IMG/VR virus record: IMGVR_UViG_3300037462_000196
Location: 1 to 43,546 of that record
Source: a virus
Taxonomy: Duplodnaviria > Caudoviricetes
DNA length: 43,546 nt
Reading direction: 5' to 3' (one strand)
A program made the translations under genes and the position numbers. Below are positions 5,724-15,653 of this stretch, piece after piece; within the stretch, counting starts at the first letter, position 1, and every line of letters begins with the position of its first letter. The notes beneath the pieces were generated by a model that did no database searches, was not told where the DNA came from, and saw only the letters and a program-made list of their open reading frames with translations.

Positions 5724-6704
5724 ATGAGCTTTGACGCAGAGACGGGCATCAGCGCGGCCCGCAACCTGAGGGTCACCGGCGCGATGCTGCGCGAGGCCGC
5801 CGCGGCCGGACGCAGCCTGTCGGACGCCGCCCGGGGCTGGGGGGTGCACGTGCAGACGGTGCGCGACGCCGAGGTGCGGTTTGGCGTGACGCTGGCGCGT
5901 CGGCGCGGCGGCCGTGACCCGATGGACGTGGACCGCGTGCGCGCGTTGTTCGAGGCGGGTGCCAGCGACGTTGCGATTGCGGCCGATCAGGGCGTGGCGC
6001 GGCAGTCGGTGGGGCGACTGCGGCGCGAACTGGGCTTGCGCCGCCCCGCCGCCGAGCCGGCCGGCGCGAAGACCTCCGAGGTCCTGCGACTGGCCGCCGA
6101 GGGGGTTCCGAACGCCGAGATTGCCCGGCGCGTCGGCCTGACGCTGAACTCTGTCAAGATGCGCCTGGCGGTGCGCGGCGGCCTGACGCGCGAGGTTCTG
6201 TTGGACGCCGCGGCGCGGGGGCTGACGCAGGCCGATCTGGCGCGCGAGCGGTGCGTCTCGCCCGCCTCGGTCAGCCAGGCCGTCCGGCGGCACGAGGTCA
6301 CGCTGGCGCGCCCGGGCAAGCTCTGCGACGTGTCGGATCGCGAGATCCTGCGGTTGCTGGATTCCGGCCTGTCGCTGCGTGCGATCGGGGGCCAATTGGG
6401 CGTTCACCACGAGTCGGTCAGGAACAGGATCGAGCGGATTCCGGTTCGGCAGCGTGAGGCGATCCTTCGGGAGCTCCGGGCCGGGCGGGGCAGCGTTCTG
6501 CGCGGCCGGCCGGGTGCGGGCGCCGCGCAGGGCGAGGCCGCCGCGCCGGAGGCAGGGCCCGCGCACCCGTTCTGGACGGCCGAGCGCGACGCGCTGGTGC
6601 TGAAATCGGCCGGCAGCTACGCCGGGCTGCGCAGCGTGGCCGAACTGCTGGGCCAGCCGTTCCCGCGCGTGCAGCAGCGCTGGCATCGGCTGAGGGCGGG
6701 CTGA
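5724..6704 (+). CDS. Multi-HTH DNA-binding protein (326 aa)
   Basis: About five tandem HTH-like units (GRSLSDAAR, GASDVAIAA, GVPNAEIAR, GLTQADLAR, GLSLRAIG). Confidence 0.8.
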   Translation: MSFDAETGISAARNLRVTGAMLREAAAAGRSLSDAARGWGVHVQTVRDAEVRFGVTLARRRGGRDPMDVDRVRALFEAGASDVAIAADQGVARQSVGRLRRELGLRRPAAEPAGAKTSEVLRLAAEGVPNAEIARRVGLTLNSVKMRLAVRGGLTREVLLDAAARGLTQADLARERCVSPASVSQAVRRHEVTLARPGKLCDVSDREILRLLDSGLSLRAIGGQLGVHHESVRNRIERIPVRQREAILRELRAGRGSVLRGRPGAGAAQGEAAAPEAGPAHPFWTAERDALVLKSAGSYAGLRSVAELLGQPFPRVQQRWHRLRAG

Positions 6705-7186
6705 TGGGCGGCATCCGTTCCGACTGGGGGAAACTGCTGGCCCTGCGCCCGTCGCACCTGATCCTGGGCGCGGACCCCGGGCACGTAGCCCGCCGGGTCG
6801 GCGGCCAGGTCTATCTGGCGACGCCCTACACCCGCCGCGTGGTCGATGTGGCCGGCGCCTACGACCCCGACCTGAACCTGTCGCTTATGTTCGAGGCGGC
6901 ATGGGAGGCGCGGCGCCTGGCCCAGCTGGGCGTGACCGCGATTTCGCCGATCGTTCAGGCCGCAGGCATGGTTGCGCTGCACCGCCCGCGCCACGGCGCC
7001 CGGCCTCTGGACCCGCTGGACGCGGAGTTCTGGACGCGCTGGTGTGCGCCGGTTCTGGCGGCGTCGGAGGCCGTCGTCGTGCCCGACCTGCCGGGCTGGG
7101 CCGACAGTGCGGGCGTGCTGCACGAAGTCAAGACGGCCCTGGGCCGCAACAAGCCCGTGTATCTCTACGCGGAGGCGGCGCCATGA
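6704..7186 (+). CDS. DUF1937-like (nucleoside deoxyribosyltransferase-fold) protein
   Basis: VYLATPYT...SPI...GWADSAGVLHE...NKPVY motifs. Confidence 0.8.
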   Translation: MGGIRSDWGKLLALRPSHLILGADPGHVARRVGGQVYLATPYTRRVVDVAGAYDPDLNLSLMFEAAWEARRLAQLGVTAISPIVQAAGMVALHRPRHGARPLDPLDAEFWTRWCAPVLAASEAVVVPDLPGWADSAGVLHEVKTALGRNKPVYLYAEAAP

Positions 7187-7554
7187 ATTCCGTCGGGGCG
7201 GCATTCTGCCGGAATAGCGGCGTGCCGCGCGCCGCGGTTCTGCGCCTGGCGATTGCCGCCGGGCTCGACCCGGTCGTCGATGCGCCGGCGCTGGCGCTTG
7301 TGGCCGCGCTGCCGCGGTTCACGTTCTGGCGCGCCGCGCGGCGCGACTGGTCGCCGGCTGAGGATGCCGCGCTGTTCCAAGCCTGGATGTCGCTGGGCAG
7401 CGTGACAGAGGCCGCGGTGGCGATCGGTATCCCGCGAGGTCATGTCCTGCGCCGCTGGCAGCAGATCGCCGGCCCGCGCGACCGGGCGTTCCTGCGCCGC
7501 GAGGGCGAGACGCTTATGGCAGCGCTGGGCGCCCGGGCGAGGGTGCGCGCATGA
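7183..7554 (+). CDS. Hypothetical protein with Myb/HTH-like segment
   Basis: ATGA overlaps at both ends; WSPAEDAAL motif. Confidence 0.65.
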   Translation: MNSVGAAFCRNSGVPRAAVLRLAIAAGLDPVVDAPALALVAALPRFTFWRAARRDWSPAEDAALFQAWMSLGSVTEAAVAIGIPRGHVLRRWQQIAGPRDRAFLRREGETLMAALGARARVRA

Positions 7555-8288
7555 GCGCGCCGTCCGCAAAGCCGCTGTTCCGTGCGATCAGCGGACCTGC
7601 CCTGCCGGCGCAGCCGGTCGGCTTGGCTGGTCTCGATGCCCCGCCTGCAGCCGCGCCACGTTCTGCTGACGGCGACACGGCGCGCCGCGCCCTCGACTTC
7701 TACCCGACAGCGCAGCCTGAGGCGATCCGCGCTCTGTTCGCGCGCGACGGCGCGCGGATCGCGGAGTGCGGCGCGGTGTGGGAACCGGCGGTTGGGGACG
7801 GAGCCTTGGCCCGCGAGATCGTGGCGATGGGGCTGCCATGCGTGGGGTCGGACGTGGTCGATCGGGGTTGGCCTGGAGTCGAGGTCCGGAGCTACTACGA
7901 GTACGCTGCGGCGCCCGCCCGGGCGATTGTCACGAACCCGCCGTTTTGCGAAATCAACGCCAGAGACGGGCGCGGCAGGTGGTTGCGGCACACCCTGAAT
8001 ATGCCGGGGTGGGAATACTGCGCGCTGCTGCTGTCTTGGGACTGGCCTGCGGCGGTGGCGAACGGCCTCGGCGCGATGCTCGACGCGGAGCCATTCAGCT
8101 GGTGCTACCTTCTGCGGTGGAAGTTGGATTTCACCGGCGCGGGCAGCCCGCCGCAGCGCAATGCCTGGTTCGTTTGGGACCGCCGCGACCCGCGCGGCAC
8201 CGACGGGTTGCTGCCGGCGCCCGATTTCCGATGGATGAACCGTTCCGACGCGAGGCAGGGCGACCTTTTCGAGGCGGTGCCGCAATGA
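7551..8288 (+). CDS. Putative amino (N6-adenine/N4-cytosine) DNA methyltransferase
   Basis: DFYPT, WEPAVGDG SAM motif, IVTNPPF catalytic motif, AWFVWD. Confidence 0.85.
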   Translation: MSAPSAKPLFRAISGPALPAQPVGLAGLDAPPAAAPRSADGDTARRALDFYPTAQPEAIRALFARDGARIAECGAVWEPAVGDGALAREIVAMGLPCVGSDVVDRGWPGVEVRSYYEYAAAPARAIVTNPPFCEINARDGRGRWLRHTLNMPGWEYCALLLSWDWPAAVANGLGAMLDAEPFSWCYLLRWKLDFTGAGSPPQRNAWFVWDRRDPRGTDGLLPAPDFRWMNRSDARQGDLFEAVPQ

Positions 8289-8536
8289 CCCTCATCGCAA
8301 CCTATTCGTTCCGCTATGGGCGCCAGGGGCCGCGCGATGCCGGGGCGCCGCTGGTCGAGCGGGGCGAGGAATTCGACGCGCAGCCGACGGCGCAGGCCTC
8401 GGCGATCGAGGTCGAGCGCCACCTGATCGCGGCCGGCGTCGCGGTTACGCCAGAGGTCTGGGCAAAGCGGCGCCGCGCGTACCTCCCGAGCTTCGGTGAG
8501 GGCGGGCGCCTGGACTGGTTCTGCGAAAGGGGATGA
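8285..8536 (+). CDS. Hypothetical protein
   Basis: MTLIATYSFRYG...; ATGA-coupled on both sides. Confidence 0.6.
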   Translation: MTLIATYSFRYGRQGPRDAGAPLVERGEEFDAQPTAQASAIEVERHLIAAGVAVTPEVWAKRRRAYLPSFGEGGRLDWFCERG

Positions 8537-8886
8537 CGATGCCGAAGGACGCCGGAAGGGTCGATGGCGCGATGCTGCGGGCCGCGGTCGAGGGTGACCG
8601 GCCTGGCAAGCGGATGAAGGCCGATCCTGACTTCGACGGCGCCGCCGACAAGGCCTATGGCGTCGCGGCGGTCGAGCTGCGCCAGTACGTCGACAAGATA
8701 CGCCGGCTGAACCAGAGCAAGTCCGAGATCGCGGACGACCTGAAGGTCGTGGTCGCCGAGGCGAAGTCGCGCGGCTACGACACCAAGGCGCTGAAATACG
8801 TGGTCAAGTGGATCGACGCAGACCGCGCCGCGCACGCCGAATTCGAGTCGGTGGTCGAGATGTACAAGGCCGCGCTGGGGCTCTGA
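8533..8886 (+). CDS. DUF2312/GapR-like DNA-binding protein
   Basis: ELRQYVDKIRRL...ADDLKVVVAEAKSRGYDTKAL...EMYKAALGL. Confidence 0.88.
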   Translation: MTMPKDAGRVDGAMLRAAVEGDRPGKRMKADPDFDGAADKAYGVAAVELRQYVDKIRRLNQSKSEIADDLKVVVAEAKSRGYDTKALKYVVKWIDADRAAHAEFESVVEMYKAALGL

Positions 8887-9515
8887 TGACCCGCCGGCCT
8901 TCCCTCACGCTGATCGGCGATGCCGACGACCTGCCGGACTATCCGCTGCCGAAGGGGCTGCGGCTGGCCGGGCACTACTATCTGGGGTTCGAGTTCAACG
9001 CCTATCTGAACAGCAGGTTCCGGCTGCGCGCAGATGCGATGTCGCGGGCCGTGGCGCTGGACCTCTGGTGCCACGCGCAGAACCAGGACCCGATCGGCAC
9101 GCTGCCGGACGATGACGAACAGCTGGCCAAGCTGACCGGCATGTCGGTCGAGCGCTGGCGCGAGTTGCGCGGGGCCGAGTTCGGGCCGTTGTTCAAATGG
9201 GAACGCTGCCGCGCCTCGGATGGCGAGATCCGGCTGATGCACCCCAAGGTGCTGGGCAAGATCGAGGAAGCGATGGATTCGCGCGCTCGGCGCGAGATGC
9301 GGCGCGGCGAGAGGGCGGCCGAAAAGCGGCTGTCCGACCTGGCCGATCGTGTCGTCAAGGCCGGCGGCAGCCGGGGCATGGCTTCCGATCAGGACCTGTT
9401 GCGGCGGCTGGCGGCATGGCTCGACCGGCACTGCGAGGGTCGCTACTGGACGGTCGAGTGGGTGCGCCGCGCGATGGAAGTCGATGCAACCAAGGATGTG
9501 GGCGTAATGCGGTAA
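8886..9515 (+). CDS. DUF1376/YdaU-like replication initiator domain protein
   Basis: LWCHAQNQDPIGTLPDDDEQLAKL motif; followed by an iteron-like AT-rich region. Confidence 0.75.
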   Translation: MTRRPSLTLIGDADDLPDYPLPKGLRLAGHYYLGFEFNAYLNSRFRLRADAMSRAVALDLWCHAQNQDPIGTLPDDDEQLAKLTGMSVERWRELRGAEFGPLFKWERCRASDGEIRLMHPKVLGKIEEAMDSRARREMRRGERAAEKRLSDLADRVVKAGGSRGMASDQDLLRRLAAWLDRHCEGRYWTVEWVRRAMEVDATKDVGVMR

Positions 9516-9535
9516 GGCGTTGCAATCATTGGCCG

Positions 9536-9655
9536 AAATTAGTGGCAATCACGGATTTTCACGAAAAGTCCACTGATTTGCCACCGATTTCCACCGATGA
9601 AATCAGTGCCGTCTAAAAGAAAAGACAGAGAAATAAGAAGAAAGTCTTCCGAAAT
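9536..9655. other. Putative replication origin (iterons plus A-rich tract)
   Basis: YCACNGATTT-like units at 9549, 9570, 9581 and 9591; inverted copies at 9536 and 9600; A-rich 9615-9643. Confidence 0.6.
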
Positions 9656-9711
9656 TCCCGAATGGGCGCGCCAGCGGCTCGGGCATCGGGCTGAGAGAGG
9701 GGCAAGAGGCG

Positions 9712-10320
9712 ATGACGGCGACAGAGACGGAAACCGAAGCGCCCGTGGCGGGCGAGGTCGAAAGCGGACGTGCCCGGGTGCGGCGCTGCCTGATCGAGCC
9801 GATGGCCGAGATGGGCTTCCAGCGGCGCAAGGGGTCCACGGTGGCCGACCACGATGCGATGATGGCGAAGATCGAGGGCCGGCTTGGCTATATGACCGAA
9901 CGCGGTCTGGCCGGGCTGCGCGAGTTCTGTGTCAGGCTCGCCGCGGGCGGCCAGGTGCCGTACTGGCCTCCCATTGCGTCGGTCTTGGGCTGGGCGTGGT
10001 CGATCGAGGCGCCGCCGCCGCGCGACAACGCCTATGTGCAGTCGCTGATCCGGTCGGCTCTTGGTGCCGAGGCCGAGGATGGAGGGTGGCTGGTCGAGCT
10101 TTACCGAACGGCGCGCCGCTTCGGGCCGCCGCCCAACCGCTACAGCCGGGTCGAGATGCAGCGCGATGCCGAGGAAAGCGCGCGGCGCCGGGCGCGGGTG
10201 CGCCAGAAGATCGAGGAAGGCAGCGCGTCAGGTGACGACCGCGCATGGCTTGCCGCCTGGCATCGGGATCTTCAGGACGCGCTGGCGATGCGGCGTCAGG
10301 ATGAGGGGGCTGGGGAATGA
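9712..10320 (+). CDS. Hypothetical protein, replication region
   Basis: AGAGG RBS; 202 aa; coupled to the next gene. Confidence 0.75.
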   Translation: MTATETETEAPVAGEVESGRARVRRCLIEPMAEMGFQRRKGSTVADHDAMMAKIEGRLGYMTERGLAGLREFCVRLAAGGQVPYWPPIASVLGWAWSIEAPPPRDNAYVQSLIRSALGAEAEDGGWLVELYRTARRFGPPPNRYSRVEMQRDAEESARRRARVRQKIEEGSASGDDRAWLAAWHRDLQDALAMRRQDEGAGE

Positions 10321-11093
10321 GCCGGAAATCGCAGATCGAGGCAGCGGTCTTTCACCCGACTGGCAAGCGGGCGGCCGCTTCGGCTTCGGTCTTTTCGGCC
10401 GCCATGGAGCGTGCGGCCGTAGCCGAGTTGAAGGCGGCCGCCGCGATCCCTGCGCGGTGCGGCCCGGCCATTGTGCCGGCGCCGGCGCGCGGCGCGTTCG
10501 CCGTGTTCTCGCCGCGCGAAATGGTGCCGGGCTCGGCCGAGCGCAGCCGTCATGCCGGGTTCGACGGGCGGGATGCCGTGCGGCAGGCCGATGCGTTCGA
10601 CCGGATGGAGGCAAGGGTGCGCGCGCGATGGTCGTCTCTGCCGGAGAGATTCCGGCCGCCATTTGTGCCGCCGTTCACCCCCGGGCAGGTGGCGGTGGGT
10701 CGGCGCTACCTCGCGCTGGTCGAGCGGTGTGAGGCGGGCGGCATCAAGTGCGCGTCGCTAGAGGCTGGCAGGTCGGGCGGAACCGGCGGCGGATTCAGCG
10801 AGGCGATTGCTGCCGATCGTGCCGAGCTCAACAGGATGCGGGCAAGGATCGGAGATCGGGCAGCGATGACGGTGCGGCGCGTCCGGCCTTCGGATCGCGG
10901 CGTAGAGCAACGCGGGATCATCAGCGACCTTGCGCTTGTCAACCACGTCTGCCTTGAGGGGCGCACGATCAAGGAGGTGCTCGTGCGATACAAGTGGGTC
11001 GGCCCAAAGGGGTGGCCAAAGGCCGACCACGTCAAGCTCTTGCGCCAGGCTCTTTGCTTGGCACTCGATCGGATGCAGGGCTACAGCGGGTAG
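10317..11093 (+). CDS. Hypothetical protein, probable late-transcription regulator
   Basis: Last gene before the late promoter; C-terminal VCLEGRTIKEV...LCLALDRM resembles Q-position alphaproteobacterial phage proteins. Confidence 0.6.
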   Translation: MSRKSQIEAAVFHPTGKRAAASASVFSAAMERAAVAELKAAAAIPARCGPAIVPAPARGAFAVFSPREMVPGSAERSRHAGFDGRDAVRQADAFDRMEARVRARWSSLPERFRPPFVPPFTPGQVAVGRRYLALVERCEAGGIKCASLEAGRSGGTGGGFSEAIAADRAELNRMRARIGDRAAMTVRRVRPSDRGVEQRGIISDLALVNHVCLEGRTIKEVLVRYKWVGPKGWPKADHVKLLRQALCLALDRMQGYSG

Positions 11094-11096
11094 GGG

Positions 11097-11176
11097 TTGA
11101 CGACTACGGTCAACAGGATGTAGCTTGAGAGCCATCATCCAGAATAGCGCCCGCCGGGAACCCTCGCGCGGGCGCT
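11097..11176 (+). promoter_or_regulatory. Putative late promoter followed by an attenuator-like hairpin
   Basis: TTGACG-18 bp-TAGCTT; stem AGCGCCCGC(11146)...GCGGGCGCT(11176). Confidence 0.55.
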
Positions 11177-11198
11177 TGGCGTTCCGGGGTGGGGGCTC

Positions 11199-11317
11199 GG
11201 GTCCTTCCTGGCCGGTCGGTGTACGGTGCGGCGGAGCGCTTAAGTTTTTCCGTTGCCGGGTTTCGCGAGGGTGCAACCCGTGCAACTTTTCCGGCCTTTT
11301 GGCCTGCAACCTGCAAC
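11199..11317 (+). other. Lambda-like cos region
   Basis: cosQ-like GGGTCCT (11199-11205), then TACG-GTGCGGCGGAGC similar to lambda TACG-GGGCGGCGACCT; four TGCAAC repeats before terS. Confidence 0.6.
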
Positions 11318-11326
11318 GGCGGAGAC

Positions 11327-11872
11327 ATGGCCAGGATCACGCGCGCGGAAGCTGCGCGACAGCTCGGAATCAACAAGTCGACGGTGACGCGCTGGGTGGC
11401 AAAGCACCCGGCGCTCGCTGACGAGCGCGGGCTGGTGCTGGTCGATGAGATTCGCGCGCATCGCGACGCGATGATCAATCCGAAATTGCAGACTCGTGGC
11501 CCGACTGGCGCGCAAGAGCAGGATGGCGCAGCGCCACAACGGCAGGAGACGGCGGACAAGAGGCCGAGCATCAACGACCACCGCTCGCGGACCGAAGCGG
11601 CGAAGGCGATCGAGGCGGAACTCGATCTGGCCGAGCGCTTGGGCCTCACGGTTCGGCGCGATGATGTGGAGAGGGCCGTCGCATCAGCTGGCGAGACGAT
11701 TCGTCAGAAGGCCGCGCAGATCGTCCGGGACCGCGCCGAGCGCCTCGCTAGGATCGACGATCCAAGAGCGATGGAGCGCGCGCTGGACGATTTGATGCGC
11801 GACCTGATGTCGGAGGCCGCCGCAGCACTTTCCGCCGCAGCGCAATCTGTCGAGGAACGCAGTGCAGCTTGA
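11327..11872 (+). CDS. terS: Terminase small subunit
   Basis: GGAG RBS; N-terminal HTH (ITRAEAARQLGINKSTVTRW); coiled coil; precedes terL. Confidence 0.8.
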   Translation: MARITRAEAARQLGINKSTVTRWVAKHPALADERGLVLVDEIRAHRDAMINPKLQTRGPTGAQEQDGAAPQRQETADKRPSINDHRSRTEAAKAIEAELDLAERLGLTVRRDDVERAVASAGETIRQKAAQIVRDRAERLARIDDPRAMERALDDLMRDLMSEAAAALSAAAQSVEERSAA

Positions 11873-13925
11873 GGCTCTTGCCGGGTGTGCGCCAGCCGGC
11901 CCGGTCGTCATGGATGCACTGGCGAATGCGCTGCGCCCGCGCGAGAATCTGTCCGTTGCAGCGTGGGCAGATCGTCATCGCGTCCTGTCAGCCGAGAGTG
12001 GATCGCGCTATCCAGGCCCATGGCGCAACGTCAGGGCCCCGCACCTGGTCGAGATCATGGATGCGCTGGGGCCAGACGATCCATGCGAGGACGTGGTCTT
12101 CGTGGCCTCGGCACAGGTCGGGAAGTCGGAGGTCGGGATCAACTTCTTCGGGTTCGTCGTCGATCAGGACCCTGGGCCGATGATCCTTGTGCTGCCGAGT
12201 CACGAAGAGGCGACGAAGTACGTCAGGACGAAGCTGCAGCCGTCGATCGACGTGACGCCGAACCTTCGGCGGCAGGTGCTGGAACTGACCACGAGGACAG
12301 AGCGGGGAAGTACCGCGAGTTACAAGCGCTTCCGCGGCGGCTTCGCGCAGGTCACGTTTGCCGGGTCGTCCAAGGGCCTGCAGATGCTGTCGGCGCGCTA
12401 CACCATCGCCGACGAAGTCAGCGAATGGCCTGCCACCGCCGGCGAACGCGGCGACCCGGTCGCCCAGCTCAAGAAACGGACCGAGACGTACGAGCGGGAC
12501 CGGAAGCGCTTCTGGGTTTCGACACCGTCGATTGTCGGCATGTGCAGGATCACCGCGGACTACGAGCGGTCGGACATGCGCCGGCGGTACGTGCCATGCC
12601 CGCATTGCGGATCTTACCAGATCCTCGCCTTCGACGGGCTGAAGTGGGAAAGCGAGGAATGGCCGCACCGGGCGTGGTTCGAATGCCAAGCCTCGGGTTG
12701 CGTGATCCTGCCAGACGCCAAGGCCGACATGATGGCGGCCGGTGTCTGGATCCCGACCGCAGGCGAGGATGGGCCGCCGCCCGTGATCGAGCCTTGCGAG
12801 ATAGAGCGCTGGCGGACGCGCGAGGTTCCGACGCGGGTGCGAGGCTTTCACATCTGGAAGGCCTACAGCCTTTTCTCGTCATGGGACTCGATCGTGGCGG
12901 AATTCATCGAGGCGTCCACCGGACACGAACGGATGCGGGTCTTCACGCAGCAGGTTCTGGGAGAGCCATGGGAAGACAAGGGCGATGCGCCCGACGCGGA
13001 ACAGCTGCTGGCGCGCCGGGTCATCGAGTACCGCCGGGGCGAACCTCCGGTCGGTCCCGTGGTGTTCACCGGCGCGACGGACGTACAGGGTAACAGGCTT
13101 GAGTGGGCGGTCTGGGGTTGGTCGGAGGGGATGACACGCTGGCTCGTCGACTGGGGTGTGATCGAGGGCGACCCGAACGATCGGGCGACCTGGGCTGCGC
13201 ACGACCGCGTGATGGAGGCTGCCAAGTATGCACCGGGAGGAAGCGGAACCGTCGAGGTCGAGGCCTGGGCTGTCGATTCCGGATACGTCAGTCAGGCGGT
13301 CTATGACTATGCCCGTCGCAACCCGCGGGTGTTCGCGGTAGACGGCCGCGACACGCGCCGCACCGACCCGTTCATCGGCGCGGCCAAGAAGGTCGACGTC
13401 AAGTGGAACGGCAAGCGGGTGCCGCGTGGCGCAGTGATCTGGCCAGTAGGCACCTTCGCGCTTAAGTCGGACCTCTATTCGGCGATCCGGAGAACCATCC
13501 GCGGGAGAAACGAGCAAGGCGAATGGGAGTCCGGCGCGATGATCCTGCCGGGTGACGTGAGTCTTGCCTATACCGAACAGCTGACCGCCGAGCATCTGGT
13601 CGAGGCCGAGACGAGGTCCGGTGTGCTTACCCGTCGCTGGGAGAAGCTGGCCGGTCGCCCGAACGAAGCGCTCGACATCGCCTGCTACGCGCGCGCGATG
13701 GCCTATCACCTGCGGCTCGACCGGCTGACGCCAGACCAATGGGCCGCACTGCGCGCCGAGCGGTGCCCGGCCATCGACAACAGCCGGCAAGGTGATCTTT
13801 TCGCTGTTCCGGTCGCGCCTGTGGCGCCGACTAGGCCGCCAGAGGCAGGCCGTCAGGCGCCTGCACCAAAGAAGGCAACGCCCGGGTCAGCCGGTTGGGT
13901 GCCAGATCGCGAGGATTGGGTATGA
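11862..13925 (+). CDS. terL: Terminase large subunit, lambda GpA family
   Basis: SAQVGKSE Walker A, IADEV Walker B, VSTP, YVPCPHCG, DVQ, AVDSG, NEALD. Confidence 0.97.
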   Translation: MQLEALAGCAPAGPVVMDALANALRPRENLSVAAWADRHRVLSAESGSRYPGPWRNVRAPHLVEIMDALGPDDPCEDVVFVASAQVGKSEVGINFFGFVVDQDPGPMILVLPSHEEATKYVRTKLQPSIDVTPNLRRQVLELTTRTERGSTASYKRFRGGFAQVTFAGSSKGLQMLSARYTIADEVSEWPATAGERGDPVAQLKKRTETYERDRKRFWVSTPSIVGMCRITADYERSDMRRRYVPCPHCGSYQILAFDGLKWESEEWPHRAWFECQASGCVILPDAKADMMAAGVWIPTAGEDGPPPVIEPCEIERWRTREVPTRVRGFHIWKAYSLFSSWDSIVAEFIEASTGHERMRVFTQQVLGEPWEDKGDAPDAEQLLARRVIEYRRGEPPVGPVVFTGATDVQGNRLEWAVWGWSEGMTRWLVDWGVIEGDPNDRATWAAHDRVMEAAKYAPGGSGTVEVEAWAVDSGYVSQAVYDYARRNPRVFAVDGRDTRRTDPFIGAAKKVDVKWNGKRVPRGAVIWPVGTFALKSDLYSAIRRTIRGRNEQGEWESGAMILPGDVSLAYTEQLTAEHLVEAETRSGVLTRRWEKLAGRPNEALDIACYARAMAYHLRLDRLTPDQWAALRAERCPAIDNSRQGDLFAVPVAPVAPTRPPEAGRQAPAPKKATPGSAGWVPDREDWV

Positions 13926-14128
13926 GCTACACGCAGGCGCAACTCGATGCGCTCGACGCCGCGATCGCCTCGGGCGTCCTGTCCGCCGAGTACGATGGCA
14001 AGCGCCTGACCTATCGCTCCATGGCCGAGCTGATCTCGGCCCGGAACACGGTGGCCAAGGGGCTTGCCGCCCAGGCTGGTAGCCTCGTGACGCGGCACGT
14101 CAACCCGGTCTTCGATCGCGGGGTCTGA
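13922..14128 (+). CDS. Head-tail joining protein gpW-like
   Basis: MSYTQAQLDALDAAIASG...YRSMAEL. Confidence 0.9.
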   Translation: MSYTQAQLDALDAAIASGVLSAEYDGKRLTYRSMAELISARNTVAKGLAAQAGSLVTRHVNPVFDRGV

Positions 14129-14132
14129 TCAC

Positions 14133-15653
14133 ATGAACGTGCTGGACCGCCTTATCGGGATCGCCGCGCCAGAGGCCGCACTGCGGCGGGCCCGCGCCCG
14201 CGCGGCGCTTCGCGTGGTCGAGGCTCACTACGCGGCCGGCACAAAAACGCAGCGGGCCTCTTCCTGGCGCGCTTCTGGCGCCGATGCCGATGGCGCCAGC
14301 CAGAGGCGCGACCGCCTGCGCTTCATTGCGCGCGACATGGTGCGAAACACGCCGCTTGCCCTGCGCGGGCAGATGGTCATCGCCAACAACGTGATCGGCG
14401 ACGGGATCATTCCGAAGGTCAAGGCGCCGCAGGTCACGATCGAAAGGCAGCTGCGCGCGCTGGCCCTGGCGCATCTGGACACCACCGCAATCGATGCGGA
14501 TGGGCGTTCCAATCTCTACGGGCTGCAGCGCCTTGTCGTGAATGCGGTGGTTGACGCAGGCGAGGTGCTGGTGCGCCGCCGCCGGCGGCGCCGCACCGAC
14601 GGGCTGCCGCTGCCGTTTCAGGTGCAGGTGATCGAGGCCGACTTCATCGACACCAGCCGCGAGGGAACGCTGGCGAACGGAGGCTACATTCGCGAGGGAA
14701 TCGAATTCGACGCGATCGGTCGGCGCGCCGCGTACTGGCTGTTCGACGAGCATCCCGGTTCGACCTTCCGGCCGCTTCGGGGATTGATGTCGCGCCGGGT
14801 TCCGGCTTCCGAAGTGCTGCACGTCTATCGGCAGGATCGCCCGGGCCAGATGCGGGGCGTCACCTGGTTCGCGCCTGTGGCCATGAACCTGCAGGACCTG
14901 GCAGATGGTCAAGACGCCCATCTGATGCGCCAGAAGATCGCCGCGTGCTTTGCGGGGTTCGTGACGGACACCGACTCGGTCGGGATGCCGCAGACGGCGG
15001 CCGATGCGGAGAAGAGGGATCCCCTGGGTTCCATCGTTCCGGGCCGGCTGCAGCGGCTGAGCCCTGGTGAAAGCATCGAGTTTCCTACGCCGCCCGGTGT
15101 CGATGGATTCGATCAGTTCACGGCCGTCATCTTGCGCAGCGTGGCCGCGGGCCTTGGAATCACCTACGAGGCCCTGGTCGGGGACCTGAGCCAGGTCAAT
15201 TTCTCGTCCGCCCGGATGGGCCGGATGGAAATGAACCGCAATGTCTCAAGCTGGCAATGGCTGATGGTGGTGCCGCAGCTGCTGCAGCCATTGGCGGAGT
15301 GGTTCCTGGAAGCGGCCGAGCTGCAGATGGGACGGCTCTTGCCCGCCGGGACGTCGATCGACTGGACGCCGCCGGCTGTGATCATGGTCGATCCGACGAG
15401 AGAGGTCGCCGCAATGCGGGACGCCGTGCGCGCTGGCTTTGCCAGCCGGCGAATGCAGGTGCGCGCGCTTGGCTACGATCCGGAAGAGATCGAGGCAGAG
15501 ATTGCCGAGGAGCGCGCGGCGGCCTTGGAGGCAGGGCTTGTCTTCGACACGGACGCGGTGGTCCCCAAATCGGGCGGCGTTCCAGGGCGGGTGCCGGATG
15601 TCGACGAGAACGACGAAAACGATCAGAGCGGAGGGCCGAACGATGGCCGATAA
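14133..15653 (+). CDS. Portal protein, lambda family
   Basis: RPGQMRGV, GDLSQVNFSSARMG, VDPTRE motifs. Confidence 0.96.
   Translation: MNVLDRLIGIAAPEAALRRARARAALRVVEAHYAAGTKTQRASSWRASGADADGASQRRDRLRFIARDMVRNTPLALRGQMVIANNVIGDGIIPKVKAPQVTIERQLRALALAHLDTTAIDADGRSNLYGLQRLVVNAVVDAGEVLVRRRRRRRTDGLPLPFQVQVIEADFIDTSREGTLANGGYIREGIEFDAIGRRAAYWLFDEHPGSTFRPLRGLMSRRVPASEVLHVYRQDRPGQMRGVTWFAPVAMNLQDLADGQDAHLMRQKIAACFAGFVTDTDSVGMPQTAADAEKRDPLGSIVPGRLQRLSPGESIEFPTPPGVDGFDQFTAVILRSVAAGLGITYEALVGDLSQVNFSSARMGRMEMNRNVSSWQWLMVVPQLLQPLAEWFLEAAELQMGRLLPAGTSIDWTPPAVIMVDPTREVAAMRDAVRAGFASRRMQVRALGYDPEEIEAEIAEERAAALEAGLVFDTDAVVPKSGGVPGRVPDVDENDENDQSGGPNDGR

Noticed and set aside
4408-6704. Long ORF-track versions of the repressor (410 aa) and multi-HTH protein (576 aa)
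   Set aside because: The extensions overlap cro, operators and structured RNA; GC-rich open-frame artefacts
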